Shown: in pieces, positions 28,815 to 38,063 of the stretch
Layout of the letters: every line of letters begins with the position of its first letter
Position numbering within the stretch: position 1 is the first letter of the stretch
Assembly: GCA_030145085.1 (NCBI GenBank)
Contig: JAQYWG010000003.1
Coordinates: 1 to 49,946, forward strand
DNA: 49,946 nucleotides
Direction: 5' to 3'
Source of the DNA: Thermodesulfobacteriota bacterium
Lineage (GTDB): Bacteria; Desulfobacterota; BSN033; WVXP01; G020346125
Position numbers and translations under genes: made by a program
The notes under the pieces: generated by a model
The model's input: only the letters and a program-made list of their open reading frames with translations
Told to the model about the DNA's origin: nothing
The model's database searches: none

Positions 28815-30475
28815 AAAAAACGCTGACGGAATTGATGAGCGATTCCATTCGCCGTTGTATGGATAAGGGTTTGCTGAATAGCAGGGAGATTCCGCCTTTG
28901 ATTCTCGAATCTCCAAGGGAGAAATCCCACGGCGATTATTCTACCAACATCGCCATGGTCATGACGCCCCGGGAGGGAAGGCCTTCCCAGGAAGTTGCCC
29001 GAATCATTTTGAGCCAATTAGCGGATGAAGATGAGGTCATCGAAAAAGCGGAAATCGCCGGCCCCGGTTTCATCAATTTTTTTCTGAAAGAAAAGGTCTG
29101 GTATTCCGTTTTGGAGGAGATCGAGGGTGAAGGGGAGGACTTTGGCAAGGGTAAGATAGGGGAGAGTAGGCGGGTTCAAATCGAATTCGTAAGCGCCAAT
29201 CCGACGGGACCGCTACACGTTGGGCACGGGAGAGGAGCGGCAATAGGCGACGTCTTGGCCAATATTCTCGACGCATGTAATTATCGAGTCTTTAAGGAAT
29301 ACTACATTAACGACGTTGGGAGCCAGATGGATACCTTGGGCAAATCAGTGTTTCTCCGCTATCTCCATGCCTTGGGGAAGGACGTCGAATTTCCCGATTA
29401 TTGCTATCAAGGGGATTACGTAGCGGAGATCGCCAAAAAAGCGGTCAAGGAGAGGGAGGATGCATATCTCAGTTATCCCCAGGAGGAATCGATCCGGTCA
29501 TTGGCCTCTTTTGGCGCCGACGATATCTTGCGGGGAATAGAAAAGGACTTAGATCAATTTGGAGTCCATTTTGACGGTTGGTTTAGCGAAAAGGAACTCT
29601 ACCGCGAAGAGAAAGTCTCAAGGGCCATTGGCGATTTGAAGGAGAGGGGACTTGTTTACGAGAAGGAGGGGGCTTTATGGCTTAAGACCTCCCAATTCGG
29701 AGATGAGAAGGATCGTGTTCTGATAAAGGCCAATGGGGAGACGACCTATTTCGCATCCGATGTCGCTTACCATAAGGATAAATTGGATCGGGGATTCGAG
29801 GTACTGATTAACATCTGGGGTGCCGATCACCATGGATATGTTCCCCGAATGAAAGCCTCCTTGATGGCAATGGGTAAGGACGAGGCGATTTTGAAGATAG
29901 TCCTTGTCCAATTGGTGAGCCTTATGCGAGGTGGGAAGATCGTTGCCATGTCAACTCGAGCGGGCGAGTTCACTACGCTGAGGGATGTGGTGGAGGAGGT
30001 AGGTCGGGATGCGGCGAGGTTTTTCTTCCTCATGAGGCGACCCGATAGCCAGCTCGACTTCGACCTCGAGTTGGCCAAAAGGCAAAGTGCCGAAAACCCC
30101 GTCTATTATGTCCAATATGCCCACGCCCGAATCTGCAGCATTATCAGGGAAGCCCAGAACAAGGGTATCGTTTTGCCGCAATTCGAGGATATCGATGTCC
30201 GTCTGCTCAATCTTTCGGAGGAATTGGATCTCCTGAAATGCCTTTCGGGATACCCCGAGGTTATCGAGGCAAGTGGTCTTTCCCTGGAGCCTCATCGAAT
30301 TCCTTTTTACCTGATGGAGCTATCCAGTTTATTCCATAGCTACTACAATAAATACCGCGTGATTTCCTCCGAGGTGGAGCTGACCAAGGTGCGGCTGCTT
30401 TTGGTTAACTCGATAAAGCGGGTTATCAAGAGCGCTCTCAATGTATTGGGGATTTTGGCGCCTGAGAAGATGTAA
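28811..30475 (+). CDS. argS: Arginine--tRNA ligase
   Basis: 554 aa. HIGH region ANPTGPLHVGHGR, MSTR (KMSKS-equivalent), anticodon-binding C-terminus. Confidence 0.97.
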   Translation: MKKTLTELMSDSIRRCMDKGLLNSREIPPLILESPREKSHGDYSTNIAMVMTPREGRPSQEVARIILSQLADEDEVIEKAEIAGPGFINFFLKEKVWYSVLEEIEGEGEDFGKGKIGESRRVQIEFVSANPTGPLHVGHGRGAAIGDVLANILDACNYRVFKEYYINDVGSQMDTLGKSVFLRYLHALGKDVEFPDYCYQGDYVAEIAKKAVKEREDAYLSYPQEESIRSLASFGADDILRGIEKDLDQFGVHFDGWFSEKELYREEKVSRAIGDLKERGLVYEKEGALWLKTSQFGDEKDRVLIKANGETTYFASDVAYHKDKLDRGFEVLINIWGADHHGYVPRMKASLMAMGKDEAILKIVLVQLVSLMRGGKIVAMSTRAGEFTTLRDVVEEVGRDAARFFFLMRRPDSQLDFDLELAKRQSAENPVYYVQYAHARICSIIREAQNKGIVLPQFEDIDVRLLNLSEELDLLKCLSGYPEVIEASGLSLEPHRIPFYLMELSSLFHSYYNKYRVISSEVELTKVRLLLVNSIKRVIKSALNVLGILAPEKM

Positions 30476-30498
30476 CACCCTTGGGATGGAAAACAGCA

Positions 30499-31179
30499 AT
30501 GGATCACAAGGGGATGAATAAGGGAAAAGGTTCCGGTACCCGCAGAAGGTTGGGACGTATGCTTGTGAGCTACGGCATCGTTTTTTTCATCGGTCTTTGG
30601 TTGGGATATAAGTTCGCATCTACCGGAAAGACAGTGGCACCTGAAAGGAAGGAGATGTCGGAATCGGCCGCAAAGGTCGGAAGAGGGGAGCAGGGAAACG
30701 GGGAAGTACCGGAAGGGAATAATAGAGCAAGCGAGACATCATCCTTAGAAAGGGAGGTGGTTCAAAAGGACGATTTATCCCTAACCTTTTACGAGACCCT
30801 CTTGAAGAAAGAGTCATCTCCGGAGATACAGGGTGAAAGGGGGAATTCCAAGGGGACCCCGGCCGCACCTGGTCGAAAGGAGAGGAAAAGTCCTTCAAAT
30901 GAGGGCACGTTATCCAGAAGGGCCCTTCCAGGGGGTGTTTCCTTTTCCATCCAGGTGGGTTCCTTTGCCCATAAGAAGCAAGCGGAGGATTTGATCCAAC
31001 GTCTGAAAGAGAAGGGTTATCCAGCCTACATTACAAGCCAGATCATCTCAGGTATGGGGAAGATGTATCAGGTGAGGATTGGTCGTTATCGAACTTTGGA
31101 AGAGGCGAAGAGGGAGGCCAGAATCATCGGAAGAAAGGAGAAGTTGCCAACGTATATTCCTTCATCGCCTGATCGATAA
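30499..31179 (+). CDS. SPOR-domain membrane protein
   Basis: N-terminal TM helix (VSYGIVFFIGLWLGY), low-complexity linker, C-terminal SPOR fold (FSIQVGSFAHKKQAEDLIQRLKEKGYPAYI..YQVRIGRY). ORF opens at TTG 30481; ATG 30499 chosen. Confidence 0.8.
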   Translation: MDHKGMNKGKGSGTRRRLGRMLVSYGIVFFIGLWLGYKFASTGKTVAPERKEMSESAAKVGRGEQGNGEVPEGNNRASETSSLEREVVQKDDLSLTFYETLLKKESSPEIQGERGNSKGTPAAPGRKERKSPSNEGTLSRRALPGGVSFSIQVGSFAHKKQAEDLIQRLKEKGYPAYITSQIISGMGKMYQVRIGRYRTLEEAKREARIIGRKEKLPTYIPSSPDR

Positions 31180-31229
31180 GGGAAGAAAAGGGGGGCTTGT
31201 CGCTTTAGGAATCCACGGGAGATAAAATT

Positions 31230-31883
31230 ATGGTAAAAAAGACCTCGATGAGAAAGGCCGGCAAGAAGGGGATAGTTCGCGAATATGCCGAGGCCTTTAT
31301 TATTGCTTTTATCATCGCCCTGTTAATCAGGACTTTTTTGGTTCAGGCCTTTAAAATCCCCTCAAGTTCGATGGAACCCACCCTTTTAGTTGGGGATCAT
31401 ATCCTGGTCAGTAAGTTCATCTATGGCATCAGGATCCCCTACATCGGGAAAAAATTCCTGACTTTTTGTAAGCCGAAGAGGGGTGACATCATTGTTTTCA
31501 TATATCCAAAGGATCGAAAAAAGGATTTCATCAAAAGGGTGATTGCAACGGAGGGGGAGGAGGTACAGATCAAGAAAAGGGAAATATTTATCAATGGGGC
31601 GGCAATCGAGGATCCGTGGGGGGTCTATAGGGAAAGGAACGGACCCTTAATCCCGAGCCATTTCCGGCCGAGGGACAATTATGGACCCAGAGTCGTTCCT
31701 CCCAACTCCCTTTTTGTTCTGGGGGACAACCGAGACAATAGCCAAGACAGTCGCTATTGGGGGTTCGTCGGTTTATCGGCAGTTAAAGGGAAGGCCTTTA
31801 TCATTTACTTCTCCTACCATAAGAGGGCCACAAGCGTGCTGGACAAGGTGAGATGGAATCGGTTTGGGAAATTACTCCGGTGA
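31230..31883 (+). CDS. lepB: Signal peptidase I
   Basis: TM anchor, catalytic Ser box SSSMEPTL, Lys box, GDNRDNSQDSRYWGFV. Confidence 0.93.
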   Translation: MVKKTSMRKAGKKGIVREYAEAFIIAFIIALLIRTFLVQAFKIPSSSMEPTLLVGDHILVSKFIYGIRIPYIGKKFLTFCKPKRGDIIVFIYPKDRKKDFIKRVIATEGEEVQIKKREIFINGAAIEDPWGVYRERNGPLIPSHFRPRDNYGPRVVPPNSLFVLGDNRDNSQDSRYWGFVGLSAVKGKAFIIYFSYHKRATSVLDKVRWNRFGKLLR

Positions 31884-31939
31884 GGGTAAAGGCAAGGAGC
31901 TCGTGATTCCAGGGCGTTATTGAACGATGGATTGGGGAT

Positions 31940-33223
31940 ATGAGACTGTTGATTAAGGGCGGCCGTGTAATTGATCCAGCCAACGGAGTAGATGAAATCT
32001 TGGATATTCTGGTCCGAGATGGCATCATCTCCGATTTGAAAAAGGTTTTCGGCCCCGTTGAACAGGGAATAAAAGCCATTGACGCCACGGGGAAAACCGT
32101 TGTCCCAGGATTTGTCGATATGCATGTCCATCTTCGGGAACCGGGTTATGAGGAGAAAGAGACCATTGAGACGGGATGTTTGGCAGCGGCTGCAGGGGGA
32201 ATTACGACCGTTGCATGCATGGCCAATACCCTTCCCGTAAACGATAACGCTTCGGTTACCCGTTTTATTCTCGAAAGGGCAAAGGCAGTCGGAAGCATCG
32301 ATGTACTTCCCGTAGGTGTCGTTTCAAAGGGACTTAGAGGAGAGGAGCTTGCCGAATGCGGCCCAATGAAGGAAGCTGGGGTAGTGGCCTTCTGCGATGA
32401 TGGCAATCCGATAATGGATAGCGGGTTAATGCGAAGAGCCCTGGAATGTTCGAGAAAATGGGGCCTCCCGATTCTTTCCCACTGTGAGGATCTTGGCCTC
32501 ACGAGGGGAGGGGTGATGAACGAGGGCGATCTCTCAAGGGAATTGGGCCTGAAGGGAATTCCTCATACCGCAGAAGAGGTTATGGTCGTCAGGGACATCA
32601 TGCTGGCGGATTTGACCAAGGGGAAGCTTCATATCTGCCATGTAAGCACAGCCGGGTCGGTTGAGTTGATCCGAAGGGGCAAGTCGGCAGGTGTCCAGGT
32701 AACGGCCGAAACAGCCCCTCACTATTTTACCTTGACCGAAGAAGCCGTGAGGGAATACGGCACCAACGCCAAGATGAGTCCTCCCCTCAGGACCGTCCTT
32801 GACCAGAAAGCCATTAAGGAAGGTTTGAGGGACGGTACCATTGATGCCATCGCCACCGACCATGCTCCCCATGAGGCGGCCTCAAAGGATGTGGATTTCT
32901 CTCGGGCATCCAACGGAATCGCCGGGTTGGAAACGGCGTTGCCCTTGACCCTTGGGTTGGTGGATGAGGGGGTGCTTTCCATGGAGGCTGCTATTGCGAA
33001 ATTTTCCATAAACCCCTCGAAAATCCTCGGCCTCAATAAGGGAACCTTATCCAAGGGTTCGTCGGCAGATATCACCATTTTCGATTCAAATCGGGGGTTC
33101 GTTGTCGAAAAGGCCAAGTTTCGATCAAAGGCCCGCAATACCCCCTTTGATGGTTGGAAATTAAAGGGCGTAGTGGAATTGACTATCGCCGGGGGCAGAA
33201 TCGTTTATCAGGGGAAGGATTAA
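31940..33223 (+). CDS. pyrC: Dihydroorotase
   Basis: 427 aa. Metal-binding DMHVHLREPG, ATDHAPH. Amidohydrolase fold typical of class I PyrC. Confidence 0.95.
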   Translation: MRLLIKGGRVIDPANGVDEILDILVRDGIISDLKKVFGPVEQGIKAIDATGKTVVPGFVDMHVHLREPGYEEKETIETGCLAAAAGGITTVACMANTLPVNDNASVTRFILERAKAVGSIDVLPVGVVSKGLRGEELAECGPMKEAGVVAFCDDGNPIMDSGLMRRALECSRKWGLPILSHCEDLGLTRGGVMNEGDLSRELGLKGIPHTAEEVMVVRDIMLADLTKGKLHICHVSTAGSVELIRRGKSAGVQVTAETAPHYFTLTEEAVREYGTNAKMSPPLRTVLDQKAIKEGLRDGTIDAIATDHAPHEAASKDVDFSRASNGIAGLETALPLTLGLVDEGVLSMEAAIAKFSINPSKILGLNKGTLSKGSSADITIFDSNRGFVVEKAKFRSKARNTPFDGWKLKGVVELTIAGGRIVYQGKD

Positions 33224-33249
33224 ATCGGCTAGCTGAAACCCCAAGGGGT

Positions 33250-34182
33250 TCACGAAGGTCGGCGAAGGAGGATTTTCCTGGCCACATCGACGTCATTCCT
33301 CATTTGCCGGATTAAAGAGTCGGGGCTCTTGAAGGCCTTCTCATCCCTTATCCTTTCGTAGAAGACCAACTGGATCTCTTCCCCGTAGATATCCCGGGAG
33401 AAATCCAGGATATGGACCTCGACGGATAGGGGATTCTTCCCAAAGGTGGGATTGTAGCCCACATCGGCCACCCCTAAATAGGTTTTGTTTCCTGTGATTA
33501 CCTCGACGGCATATACCCCTGTCTTGGGATACAGGCCGTTCAGGATTTCCAGGTTTGCCGTGGGAAACCCCAAATCTTTCCCCCTACCGGATGCCCAAAT
33601 GACTTTCCCCATGAGCCGGTAGTTTCTCCCCAGCAACTGTGCGGCCTGTCCCATTTGGCCATCTTGAATGAGCTCCCTTATCTTCGAGCTGCTAACGGAG
33701 GTATCGTTCACTTTCAAAGCCTCTATGACCTTCACCTCGAAGTCGAATTGCCGCCCCAATCGTATGAGCATGTCCACGTTGCCCTTTCGGTCTTTGCCGA
33801 AGTAGTAATTATAGCCAACGAGGATTTTTTTGGGGCCTATCTTGTCCACTAAGATCTGCTTTACGAATGCCTCGGGCGTGATGTTGGCGATGCCGAGGTC
33901 GAATATGGCCACAATGATCACATCGATACCCAACATCTCCACCAGCATCAATTTTTTCTTAAAGGGCGTGATAAATGGGGGACACCTTTGAGGGGCCAAA
34001 ACCTGGAGGGGATGTGGATCGAAGGTGAATATTATAGCTTCTCCATCTATTTTTCGCGCCTCTTCCTTTACTGCGTTGAAGATTTTTTGATGTCCCAGGT
34101 GCACACCGTCGAAATTCCCCAGGGTTAAAACGGGGTTGCGGAATTTGCGTCGTATAGTCTCGATCCCGACAATAATGTCCAT
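33250..34182 (-). CDS. ribF: Bifunctional riboflavin kinase / FAD synthetase
   Basis: GNFDGVHLGHQ nucleotidyltransferase motif; kinase motifs GFPTANL and EVHILDF. Confidence 0.95.
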   Translation of the reverse strand: MDIIVGIETIRRKFRNPVLTLGNFDGVHLGHQKIFNAVKEEARKIDGEAIIFTFDPHPLQVLAPQRCPPFITPFKKKLMLVEMLGIDVIIVAIFDLGIANITPEAFVKQILVDKIGPKKILVGYNYYFGKDRKGNVDMLIRLGRQFDFEVKVIEALKVNDTSVSSSKIRELIQDGQMGQAAQLLGRNYRLMGKVIWASGRGKDLGFPTANLEILNGLYPKTGVYAVEVITGNKTYLGVADVGYNPTFGKNPLSVEVHILDFSRDIYGEEIQLVFYERIRDEKAFKSPDSLIRQMRNDVDVARKILLRRPS

Positions 34183-34231
34183 AGATTATCACCAAATGGG
34201 CGTGAAAGGTTGGTTTCCGTTAACAGACCTC

Positions 34232-34377
34232 CGAAAAGGTCACTCTTCGCTGCTCAGAAATATTTTTTCGACTATTCTAAGGTCGGCTCAACCGCAAGAC
34301 TGCAGCACTGCAACACCGCAGAACCGCAACTCGCTCAGAGCTTCCTTTTCCTCGTTTTTCAGAGTTCTCATTGATTT
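34232..34377. repeat. Intergenic repeat family, copy 4 (long form)
   Basis: See copy 3. Lies between the ribF start and the tRNA-Leu promoter. Confidence 0.85.
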
Positions 34378-34380
34378 TTC

Positions 34381-34408
34381 TTGACTTTGTCCGAATGATA
34401 AATATAAG
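34381..34408 (+). promoter_or_regulatory. Candidate sigma70 promoter for tRNA-Leu
   Basis: TTGACT 34381-34386, 16 nt, TATAAG 34403-34408. About 38 nt upstream of the mature tRNA 5' end. Confidence 0.5.
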
Positions 34409-34445
34409 ATAAGTTTAGTATCTTTACAATTTTTTCTCAAGAATC

Positions 34446-34532
34446 GCCGAAGTGGCGGAATTGGTAGACGCGCTAGGTTCAGGGTCTAGTAGGCGTTAGC
34501 CTGTGCGGGTTCGAGTCCCGCCTTCGGCACCA
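34446..34532 (+). tRNA. tRNA-Leu (anticodon CAG), class II with long variable arm, CCA encoded
   Basis: Acceptor stem GCCGAAG/CTTCGGC. D arm GCG-GAATTGGTAGA-CGC. Anticodon stem CTAGG/TCTAG with loop TTCAGGG. Variable arm, then T arm GCGGG-TTCGAGT-CCCGC, discriminator A, CCA. Confidence 0.93.
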
Positions 34533-34544
34533 AAATCAATAAAA

Positions 34545-34582
34545 GGGCTGTAATTCCAATTGATTACAGTCCTTTTATTTTT
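34545..34582 (+). terminator. Rho-independent terminator after tRNA-Leu
   Basis: Stem gggctgtaat / attacagtcc (10 bp, one G-U), loop tccaattg, followed by ttttattttt. Confidence 0.8.
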
Positions 34583-34979
34583 CCTCGGGTGCGGATGAGG
34601 TACGTTTGGTTGCGGTAAGTTTGGCCTTTTCCTAAGAGGCGATCAAAGGAATCGGTATACGACTGAAATATGGTATGTGTCGAGTTCCAGAGAATCGGCA
34701 TATTTCAGCTAAAATTCCAATTTTTTTGATTCCTCTGTTTGTCAGCTCTTAGAAATCTCCTTACACTATTTCATTCTTTAAAACATCGTAAGATTTTTGT
34801 TGACAGCCTTTTCAGAGTTTGAGAAGATAGGTTTTGTTCCCCGACAAAGCCAAACCATCCGCGAGTTCGGTAGGACCGTTCCTGAGTTATCAAATACGAA
34901 CCAAAAAGTCAAATAAAGGAGGTGATACTGCAAATCTAAGCACATAAGCTCTTAATAAACATAAGAAAGGAGGTATGAC

Positions 34980-36374
34980 GTGGGTTTAGCTGGAACACTT
35001 GCAGGAGTTGTTCTCAATCTCAATTACGAAGACCTTTCTGAAGAGGTTGTGAACAACGCAAAGCTCCACATCTTGGATGGTTTTGGTGTTGGTCTCCATG
35101 GGTCCACCCTACGACCCCTCTTCGATCCGCTCATCAAGATACTGAAAGATTGGGGAGGAAATGGTACGGCCTCAGTGTTCGGGGAGAAGTCGGGATTCCC
35201 GGCACGATATGCAGCGTTCCTCAATAGCATAATCATTACTGCATCCGCCTACCAGGAGACGCATAGAGCTTCAATCGGTCATCCCTACTCTCCGGTCATG
35301 TCAGCAGCGCTAGCTGTAGGGGAGGAGGGGGCTGCTAACGGGAAAGATTTCATAGCTGCTATTGTCGCTGGGTACGAGGTTTTTGTGCGAATCGCTGCTG
35401 CCGTTAATCCTTCACTTCTGAGCAGAGGAATACAGACCACAGGCGCAATCGGTCCTTTTGGCGCAGCCGTTGCGTGCGGTAAGCTCATAGGGTTAAATAA
35501 GGAACAGATGAAGGATGCGATTGCTCACGCCGCTAACTTGGGTGGCGGTGCACTTATAGAAGCGCATTGTGCAAGACCATATTTCGCCATTCAAGTTGGA
35601 ACGAATGTCGAGAAAGGTATCCTGGCTGCATTGCTGGCTAAAGAAGGTGTTGTGGGTTGCGATACCAACCTTGAGGGCGGATCAGTAAATGAGAAAGGTT
35701 TCCTTCAAGCTTATTCAGACGAGTATGACGTGAACATCATCACAAAAGGTCTGGGTGAGAGGCTCGGGATTCAAGACACGGGGTTCAGCTTTTACTTGGC
35801 CGCCAGTTTCTCACGTACTCCGATAGATGCCACCTTAGCACTTGTCAAAGAGAATGGGATTGGAGTAAAAGACATAAAAAGCATAAAGGTTAAGCTCACT
35901 AAGACACTCTACAATTTTACTCAAAGAAAAGTTTTTACAGCCAAACAGTCTGCTAGGGAAGCGTATTACTATATTCCATTCCACATAGCCCTTGTTCTGT
36001 TGAAGGGTGGCGTTGACTCTGAAATGTACACCGATGATAATCTGAACGATCCGGAAATGCGGGGACTCATGGAGAAGGTCGAGTTTGTCGAAGACCCAAA
36101 GCTCGATGAGGAGTTCGCAAAAACCCAGGCCGTAACAACAGCAATCGTCGAACTCACGACCAACGGTGGTAAAACCTACACCAAGAAACTATCGCATTGG
36201 AAGGGAGATCCTGAAAATCCAGCAACGAAAGAGGAGGTACGAGATAAATTCAATAGATTAGCCTCAAGAGTAATTAAGCAGCATGAAGTAGAAAAGATCA
36301 TGGACCTTATGGATAATCTGGAAACAGTCAAAAACATTCAAAGCCTGGGAGAGCTAGTTCGAGGACCGCGATGA
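34980..36374 (+). CDS. MmgE/PrpD-family protein (2-methylcitrate dehydratase-like fold; substrate unknown)
   Basis: GTG start 6 nt after AGGAGG. N-terminus LAGVVLNLNYEDLSEEVVNNAKLHILDGFGVGLHGS is typical of the family. 464 aa. Confidence 0.88.
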   Translation: MGLAGTLAGVVLNLNYEDLSEEVVNNAKLHILDGFGVGLHGSTLRPLFDPLIKILKDWGGNGTASVFGEKSGFPARYAAFLNSIIITASAYQETHRASIGHPYSPVMSAALAVGEEGAANGKDFIAAIVAGYEVFVRIAAAVNPSLLSRGIQTTGAIGPFGAAVACGKLIGLNKEQMKDAIAHAANLGGGALIEAHCARPYFAIQVGTNVEKGILAALLAKEGVVGCDTNLEGGSVNEKGFLQAYSDEYDVNIITKGLGERLGIQDTGFSFYLAASFSRTPIDATLALVKENGIGVKDIKSIKVKLTKTLYNFTQRKVFTAKQSAREAYYYIPFHIALVLLKGGVDSEMYTDDNLNDPEMRGLMEKVEFVEDPKLDEEFAKTQAVTTAIVELTTNGGKTYTKKLSHWKGDPENPATKEEVRDKFNRLASRVIKQHEVEKIMDLMDNLETVKNIQSLGELVRGPR

Positions 36375-36446
36375 AAAACCCTCGATCAAAGGATTCAGGA
36401 GATTATCAACTACACTAAGCGAATAACAACTAATAAGGAGGGAATT

Positions 36447-37424
36447 ATGGAACGGCAGAGAAAAACAATATCTTGTTTCATGTGGCTTGCAATGGCCGGG
36501 ATGATTTTTCTTGGAGTCCAAGCATCATCAGTGGCCCTTGCAGAGTACCCGGACCGCCCTGTGGAAATAATCGTAAAGGGAGGCCCAGGCTCCGGGATCA
36601 GTCAGCTCGGACATTTCGCCGCAAAACTTGCCCCCAAATATCTGGGCCAATCCATGGTATGCCTTTATAAGAAGGGAGGCTCCGGCGCAGTAGCACAGGC
36701 CTATATTCAGAAAAGGTCGGCTGACGGTTACCACGTGTTCATGGACACCACCACAACTGCCATCGTGCTTGCACGGGGGAAGGTTCCTTTTACGGAAAAG
36801 GACTGGCAGGGGGTAATCCGCCTTCAGGTGGACCCACAGGGAGTGGCCGTGCGTGCGGATTCGCCCTGGAAGAATTTTAAGGACTTGGCGGCGTGGATAC
36901 GAAAGAATCCCGGTAAGCTGCGCTGGGCTGGGTCCCATGCCGTCGGGATAGATCCTTATACCGTGGCGCTGCTCTTGAAGGCGACTGGGCTCGACAGCAC
37001 CGATATCAAATACGTTCCAGCTGAGGGCGCCAGTCACATGACAACCATGCTGCTGGGCAAACATATCGACGTCGCCACACTCAACCCCCGAGAGGTCAAG
37101 GAACAAGAGGCTGCGGGGAATTTTCGGGTTTTGGGTACGGGGCATCCAGAGCGCCTGAAGGATCATCCTAACTGGCCGACCTTCAAGGAGCAGGGATTCG
37201 ATGTGGTGGTGGCCATATGGCGCGGAGCGCTGGTAAAAGCAGGTACCCCCGCGGCCGTTGTCAAGAAACTCCACGACACCTTCAATGCCATGAGGCAGGA
37301 CCCGGCATTCGTTCAATTTTTGAAGAATGCGTCGCAAATTGATGGCTACATGGGTGGTCCGGATAAGTTCGATCCCTTCTTTAAGGAGCAGGTCCAGAAG
37401 ATGAAGGCGTATTTTGCGAAGTAG
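36447..37424 (+). CDS. tctC: Tripartite tricarboxylate transporter substrate-binding protein (TctC/Bug family)
   Basis: Signal peptide then EYPDRPVEIIV..GGSG.. Bug-family pattern. Followed by tctB and tctA. Confidence 0.9.
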   Translation: MERQRKTISCFMWLAMAGMIFLGVQASSVALAEYPDRPVEIIVKGGPGSGISQLGHFAAKLAPKYLGQSMVCLYKKGGSGAVAQAYIQKRSADGYHVFMDTTTTAIVLARGKVPFTEKDWQGVIRLQVDPQGVAVRADSPWKNFKDLAAWIRKNPGKLRWAGSHAVGIDPYTVALLLKATGLDSTDIKYVPAEGASHMTTMLLGKHIDVATLNPREVKEQEAAGNFRVLGTGHPERLKDHPNWPTFKEQGFDVVVAIWRGALVKAGTPAAVVKKLHDTFNAMRQDPAFVQFLKNASQIDGYMGGPDKFDPFFKEQVQKMKAYFAK

Positions 37425-37560
37425 AATAAGTAGCCGGGCACAAAAAGGAGGTAAGATTTCGTAGGAGACATTTGAAGTAGCATATTCGCAGAGCAATGAA
37501 GTTCCTGCGTGCGGGTGCCCTTCTGCGGGAGAGAAGCGTATAAAGAGAGAAGGTTTGTCG

Positions 37561-38025
37561 ATGCGTCGTGGAGAGATTCTCATAGCGTTGTTTCTGATCG
37601 TCGTAAGCGTGGCCGCGTGGATCAGTTCGGCTGGTTTTGTGGCCGAAACGGCCATGGTCCGAACCCTGAGCCCGGCTTTTTACCCACGTTTGGTTGTAGG
37701 GGGGATAATCTTCTGTGCCCTTTTGATGCTGGTGCGCGCTCGACACGCGCGCACCAGAGAGGCTACCGTAGCGTGGGGTCAGTGGTATAAGGTACCACTC
37801 GCCGCCGGCGCGATGTTCTTGCAGGTGTTTAGCTTCGAGGAGCTAGGGGTTTTCCCCTCGGCATGGATCAGCCTCGTTTTGCTAATGTGGATAACGCGTG
37901 TGAGGTTGAGGATGAATCTTCTCATCTCCACGGGATTTTTGGTTTTTGTTTATCTCTTTTTCGTCTTGTTGCTTCAGCTCAAGTTCCCCACGGAATTTCT
38001 GCCGACCTTGTTAGGAAGAGACTGA
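37561..38025 (+). CDS. tctB: Tripartite tricarboxylate transporter small membrane subunit (TctB family)
   Basis: About 154 aa, 4 TM helices, positioned between tctC and tctA. ATG 37561 after GAGAGAAGG. Confidence 0.75.
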   Translation: MRRGEILIALFLIVVSVAAWISSAGFVAETAMVRTLSPAFYPRLVVGGIIFCALLMLVRARHARTREATVAWGQWYKVPLAAGAMFLQVFSFEELGVFPSAWISLVLLMWITRVRLRMNLLISTGFLVFVYLFFVLLLQLKFPTEFLPTLLGRD

Positions 38026-38063
38026 GGGGGAAGAAACGAGCTGAAGGGAAATGAGACCTCAAC

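Noticed and set aside
33236-33252. Small hairpin aacccc-aa-ggggtt between the convergent pyrC and ribF genes, as a possible bidirectional terminator.
   Set aside because: The stem is only 5 bp with a 4-nt loop, and there is no flanking T/A tract. Too weak to call.
34925-34945. Mini-ORF (GTG ATA CTG CAA ATC TAA) after a first AAGGAGG upstream of the prpD-like gene, as a possible leader peptide.
   Set aside because: The GTG overlaps the Shine-Dalgarno sequence itself, so there is no spacing. The ORF has five sense codons (Met-Ile-Leu-Gln-Ile) and no regulatory codon pattern.
36528-37655. 375-aa ORF antisense to tctC. Similar long antisense ORFs occur at 38348-39121, 38105-38611, 42104-42667, 46182-46841, 46702-47289 and 14484-15050.
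   Set aside because: They fully overlap genes with clear family signatures on the other strand. Their composition is Arg/Pro/Gly-rich and low-complexity, and they lack a Shine-Dalgarno sequence. These are typical shadow ORFs.
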